Shown: positions 59,308 through 64,000 of the stretch, in pieces | Layout: each line of letters opens with the position of its first letter | Numbering within the stretch: the first letter of the stretch is position 1 | NCBI GenBank assembly: GCA_963775425.1 | Contig: CAVZJB010000003.1 | Span: 512,001-576,000 of the forward strand | Reading direction: 5' to 3' | Source: an uncultured delta proteobacterium | GTDB taxonomy: Bacteria; Myxococcota; UBA727; VGSZ01 | Length of the DNA: 64,000 nt | Position numbers and translations under genes: made by a program | Notes under the pieces: model-generated | Databases searched by the model: none | Told to the model about the DNA's origin: nothing | What the model saw: the letters and a program-made list of their open reading frames with translations, nothing else

Positions 59308-59430
59308 GCGGGTCGCGCGTCCGCGCGGGGGGCGCAGGCGGCGGTCCGCCGTCTGCGCTCTCGCAAAGACCTCTTGCCTCGACCGGCCCGTGCGGTAGAC
59401 GGGAGATCCCGTTTTTCCCCGAGAGAGACC

Positions 59431-59649
59431 ATGGCCCGCAAGCAGAAGACCAAACCGAAGATGAAGACGAACCGCGCCGCGGCGAAGCGCTTCAGCACCA
59501 CCGGCACCGGCCTCGTCGTCTTCGGCGCCAAGGGCCACCGACACGGCCTCTCCAACAAGAGCCGCAAGCACAACCGGAACATGAAGAAGCTCCGGTACAT
59601 GTCGCCGGGTGATGCCCAGCGCGTGGCTCGCCAAATCCCGTACCTCTAG
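59431..59649 (+). CDS. rpmI: 50S ribosomal protein L35
   Basis: [17 protein letters not shown]...H; operon position. Confidence 0.93.
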   Translation: MARKQKTKPKMKTNRAAAKRFSTTGTGLVVFGAKGHRHGLSNKSRKHNRNMKKLRYMSPGDAQRVARQIPYL

Positions 59650-59659
59650 GAGATTTCAC

Positions 59660-60007
59660 ATGGCACGCGTCAAAGGCGGACCCACGGGTCGCCGTCGTCA
59701 CAAGCGCATCCTGAAGATGGCGAAGGGTTACTACGGCTCGCGCCGCACGATGTTCTATCTCGCCAACGAGACCGTCGAGCGCGCCCTGCAGTACGCCTTC
59801 CGCGACCGCAAGGTGAAGAAGCGCGACTTCCGCAAGCTGTGGATCGCCCGCATCAACGCGGCCGCCCGCATGAACGGCGTGAGCTACTCGATGCTCATGG
59901 GCGGTCTCAAGAAGCACAGCGTCGGGCTCGACCGCCGCGCCCTCGCCGCCATCGCGCTGCAGGACCCCGCGGGCTTCTCGGCCGTCGCCTCGCTCGCCAA
60001 ATCCTGA
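59660..60007 (+). CDS. rplT: 50S ribosomal protein L20
   Basis: [32 protein letters not shown]; AGGAG SD. Confidence 0.97.
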   Translation: MARVKGGPTGRRRHKRILKMAKGYYGSRRTMFYLANETVERALQYAFRDRKVKKRDFRKLWIARINAAARMNGVSYSMLMGGLKKHSVGLDRRALAAIALQDPAGFSAVASLAKS

Positions 60008-60091
60008 CGCTCGCCCCGGCTATCCAATGCGCGCCACGACACGTTGGCTCCTCGACAAGAGGGGCCCCCCCATGATCTGCTCACGCACGAG

Positions 60092-61171
<1,080 letters not shown>

Positions 61172-61172
61172 G

Positions 61173-63827
61173 ATGCGCGTCTCGTTCAACTGGCTCGCCG
61201 AGCTCGTCGAGCTGCCCAAGGGCACCACGCCCGAGCAGACGGCGGCGCAGCTCACGGCCATGGGCCTCGAGGTCGAGGCCATCGAGGATCTCGCGGCCCC
61301 GCTCGCCGGCGTCGTCGTCGCTCGCGTCGCCCGCGTGGAGCCGCACCCCACGGCGCCGCCCACGGAGACCGGGGGCCTCTCGGTCTGCACGGTCGAGGCG
61401 GGGGGCGCGCCCCTCACCATCGTGTGCGGCGCCAAGAACGTCGCCGAGGGACAGCTCGTGTGCCTCGCGCCCGTGGGCACGCACCTGCCGGCGCTCGACC
61501 GGTACGTCGGCGGCGTCCTCGACTTCCGGTTCGTCATCGGGGAGCGCGCGGTGAAGGGCGTCGCGTCGCAGGGGATGCTGTGCTCCGCGCAGGAGCTCGG
61601 CCTGCCCTGGTCCACCGAGGGCATCCTCGTGCTGCCTCAGCAGGAGGGCGTGTCCCCGGGGGCGCCCGTCGCTCCCGCGCTCGGACGCGAGGACGTGGTG
61701 CTCACGCTCGGCGTCACCCCCAACCGCCCCGACGCGCTCTCGCACATGGGCGTCGCCCGCGAGCTGTGCGCCGCCTTCAAGACGCGCATGCGCGCGCAGG
61801 CGCCGACGTGCGCCGAGCGCGGCGGCCCCATCGACGACGTCGCCCACGTCGCCATCGAGGACCTCGAGGGCTGCCCGCGCTACGCGTGCCGCGTCATCGA
61901 GGGCGTGATGGTGCAGCCGTCGCCGCTGTGGCTGGTGGCGCGCCTCGCGGCGTGCGGCGTGCGCTCCGTCAACAACGTCGTCGACGTCACCAACCTGGTG
62001 ATGATGGAGCGCGGCATCCCGCTGCACGCGTTCGACTGCGACAAGATCGGCAAGGAGACCCGCTCGTCGTCGGGCGGCCGAGCGTCCATCATCGTGCGCT
62101 CCGCCAGGCCCGGCGAGACGCTCCTGACGCTCGACGGCAAGGAGCGCGCCCTCGTCGAGACCGACCTCGTCATCGCCGACCCCGAGAAGGCCATCGCGCT
62201 CGCGGGCGTGATGGGCGGCGCCGACACCGAGGTGTCGCCGGACACCTCGCGCATCCTCCTCGAGTGCGCGTACTTCGCGCCCTCCCGCGTGCGAAAGACC
62301 GCGCGTCGCCTGGCGCTGCACTCCGAGGCCAGCCACCGCTTCGAGCGCGGCTGCGATCCGAACGGCGTGCTGCACGCGCTCGACCGCGCCGCCGGCCTCA
62401 TCAGCGACATGTCGTTCACGGCCAAGGCCGGCACGTCCAAGACCGGCGGCCCCGACAAGCCGGGGACGGGTGTCACCAACGTCAGCGGCGGCCGCGTCGC
62501 CCGCGGCGTCATCGACGTCTACCCGAAGAAGGTCGCGCCCGCGGTGGTGTCGCTCAGGCCCAAGCGGGCGGCGCAGCTCCTCGGGCTTTCGCCCAAGCTC
62601 GTCGACGAGGCCAACGTCTCCAAGCTCCTGCTCGCCCTCGGCCTCGAGGTGGAGGGCAGGGACGCCGAGGCCATCCGCTTCCGCGTCCCCACGTACCGTC
62701 CCGACCTCCTGCGCGAGGTCGACCTCATCGAGGAGCTCTTGCGGCTGGTGGGCACCGACGCCGTCCCCGCGTCGCTGCCGGCGCGCGCGGCCGAGGCCGA
62801 GGGGCTCTTCGACGAGCGCCGCTTCCGCACGCTGCAGACGGCGCGGGCGTCGCTCGAGGCCTCCGGTTTCGACGAGGCCATCAACCTCGCCTTCGTGAGC
62901 CCGCAGGCGCTCGACCCGTTCGACGGCGGCGACGCCACCGGCCGCATCACCTTGAGGAACCCCCTCGGCGAGGAGATGAGCGTCCTTCGCAAGTCGCTGT
63001 TGCCGGGGCTGCTGCAAAACGTCGCCACCAACCACCGCCGCGGAAACATCGACGTGCGCCTCTACGAGACGGCCACGGTGTTCCTCGGCAAAAACCCCGC
63101 GGGCCGCACGCCCGCCAAGGAGCGCGACGGCGCCGCGGGCGTCGACGCGTGGGCGCGCGAGGTGGTGCGCCTGTCGGGCGTGGCCGCCGGCAGCGACGCC
63201 GCCGGCGCCTTCGACAGGAAGTCGCAGCCCCTCGACTTCTTCGACGTCAAGGGCGCCATCCAGGATCTGCTCGAGGCGCTCGGCGTCGCCACGGGGTTGT
63301 TCGCGTCGCCGGTGTCGTTCCTCCCCGCCGACGATCGCTACCCGTTCCTCCACCCGCGTGCCCGCGCCGAGGTCTGGGTGCGCACCAAGCAGCCGCACTG
63401 GATCGGCGTCGTCGGCGAGATCCACCCGGATCTGGTCGCGCGGCACGACATCAAGGGGCGCGCGTACGGCTTCGAGCTCGACGTCGATGCGCTCGGCCGC
63501 GTGGCGATCGAGCGGCCGCGCGCCCGCCCGCTGCCGCGCTTCCCCGCGGTGCGCCGCGACTTCGCGCTCGTCGTCGACGAGGATCTGCCGGCGGCGGATC
63601 TGTGTGCGCGCCTCGCCGACAACGGCGCCGTCAAGACCCTCCTCGAAGGCATCGACGTGTTCGACGTCTACCGAGGCGACAAGCTCCCTGAGGGAAAGAA
63701 GTCGGTGGCCATCGCGCTCACACTTCGCGCACCTGATCGCACCTTGACCGATGAGGAGATCAACCGCTTGGCGTCGGTGTTGCTCGACGATGCGCGCGCG
63801 CACTTCAGAGCGGAAGTTCGCGGATAG
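61173..63827 (+). CDS. pheT: Phenylalanyl-tRNA synthetase beta subunit
   Basis: IVCGAKN, SQGMLCS, TPNRPD, RPDL..EVDLIEE, FDVYRG, DRTLTDEE. Confidence 0.96.
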   Translation: MRVSFNWLAELVELPKGTTPEQTAAQLTAMGLEVEAIEDLAAPLAGVVVARVARVEPHPTAPPTETGGLSVCTVEAGGAPLTIVCGAKNVAEGQLVCLAPVGTHLPALDRYVGGVLDFRFVIGERAVKGVASQGMLCSAQELGLPWSTEGILVLPQQEGVSPGAPVAPALGREDVVLTLGVTPNRPDALSHMGVARELCAAFKTRMRAQAPTCAERGGPIDDVAHVAIEDLEGCPRYACRVIEGVMVQPSPLWLVARLAACGVRSVNNVVDVTNLVMMERGIPLHAFDCDKIGKETRSSSGGRASIIVRSARPGETLLTLDGKERALVETDLVIADPEKAIALAGVMGGADTEVSPDTSRILLECAYFAPSRVRKTARRLALHSEASHRFERGCDPNGVLHALDRAAGLISDMSFTAKAGTSKTGGPDKPGTGVTNVSGGRVARGVIDVYPKKVAPAVVSLRPKRAAQLLGLSPKLVDEANVSKLLLALGLEVEGRDAEAIRFRVPTYRPDLLREVDLIEELLRLVGTDAVPASLPARAAEAEGLFDERRFRTLQTARASLEASGFDEAINLAFVSPQALDPFDGGDATGRITLRNPLGEEMSVLRKSLLPGLLQNVATNHRRGNIDVRLYETATVFLGKNPAGRTPAKERDGAAGVDAWAREVVRLSGVAAGSDAAGAFDRKSQPLDFFDVKGAIQDLLEALGVATGLFASPVSFLPADDRYPFLHPRARAEVWVRTKQPHWIGVVGEIHPDLVARHDIKGRAYGFELDVDALGRVAIERPRARPLPRFPAVRRDFALVVDEDLPAADLCARLADNGAVKTLLEGIDVFDVYRGDKLPEGKKSVAIALTLRAPDRTLTDEEINRLASVLLDDARAHFRAEVRG

Positions 63828-63859
63828 ACATCCGCTCCGTCCTCGACGATGATGCGCCG

Positions 63860-64000
63860 ATGCCCGACGCGACCGACAGTTCTGGCGCTCGCACCATCAC
63901 CAAGGCCGATCTGATCGAGGCGGTCTACGAGAAGGTCGGCTTCTCCAAGAAGGAGTCGAGCGAGATCGTCGAGAAGATCCTCGAGACCATGAAGGTCACC
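63860..64000 (+). CDS. ihfA: Integration host factor alpha subunit (5' part)
   Basis: ITKADLIEAVYEKVGFSKKESSEIVE; canonical position after pheT. Confidence 0.9.
   Translation, partial: MPDATDSSGARTITKADLIEAVYEKVGFSKKESSEIVEKILETMKVT

Overview
Very GC-rich bacterial DNA with a Myxococcota/deltaproteobacterial gene complement. The left part (1-19.9 kb) holds the mazG 5' end, a J-domain protein and DnaK paralog, a frameshifted TPR/Pro-rich protein, and a TetR-controlled diiron ferritin-like enzyme. It also holds a mevalonate-pathway cluster (mvaD, phosphomevalonate kinase, GbsR/MarR regulator with a clear operator, class II HMG-CoA reductase lacking its C-terminal flap, mevalonate kinase) interleaved with an acyl-CoA carboxyltransferase, a BCCP and a decarboxylase-like crotonase, followed by a (GE)31 lipoprotein. 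An accessory block starts at tRNA-Val(GAC). It contains a complete N-ATPase operon (atpDCQRBEFAG), a CheB-CheR-PAS-HK-REC hybrid, a lipase, an Fnr-like/HK/desaturase unit, Cys-rich lipoproteins, a P-type ATPase, a MITE-like element, a diheme lipoprotein, a cytochrome c-FTR1 fusion with a Fur-like box, and copper genes. The right end is thrS-(2 genes)-infC-rpmI-rplT-pheS-pheT-ihfA. The most notable signals are a ~105-aa insertion in ThrRS, the regulated MVA cluster without mvaS, a recurring leaderless-promoter signature, and a 48-bp inverted-repeat element. All calls come from motif recognition by eye; no database searches were run.
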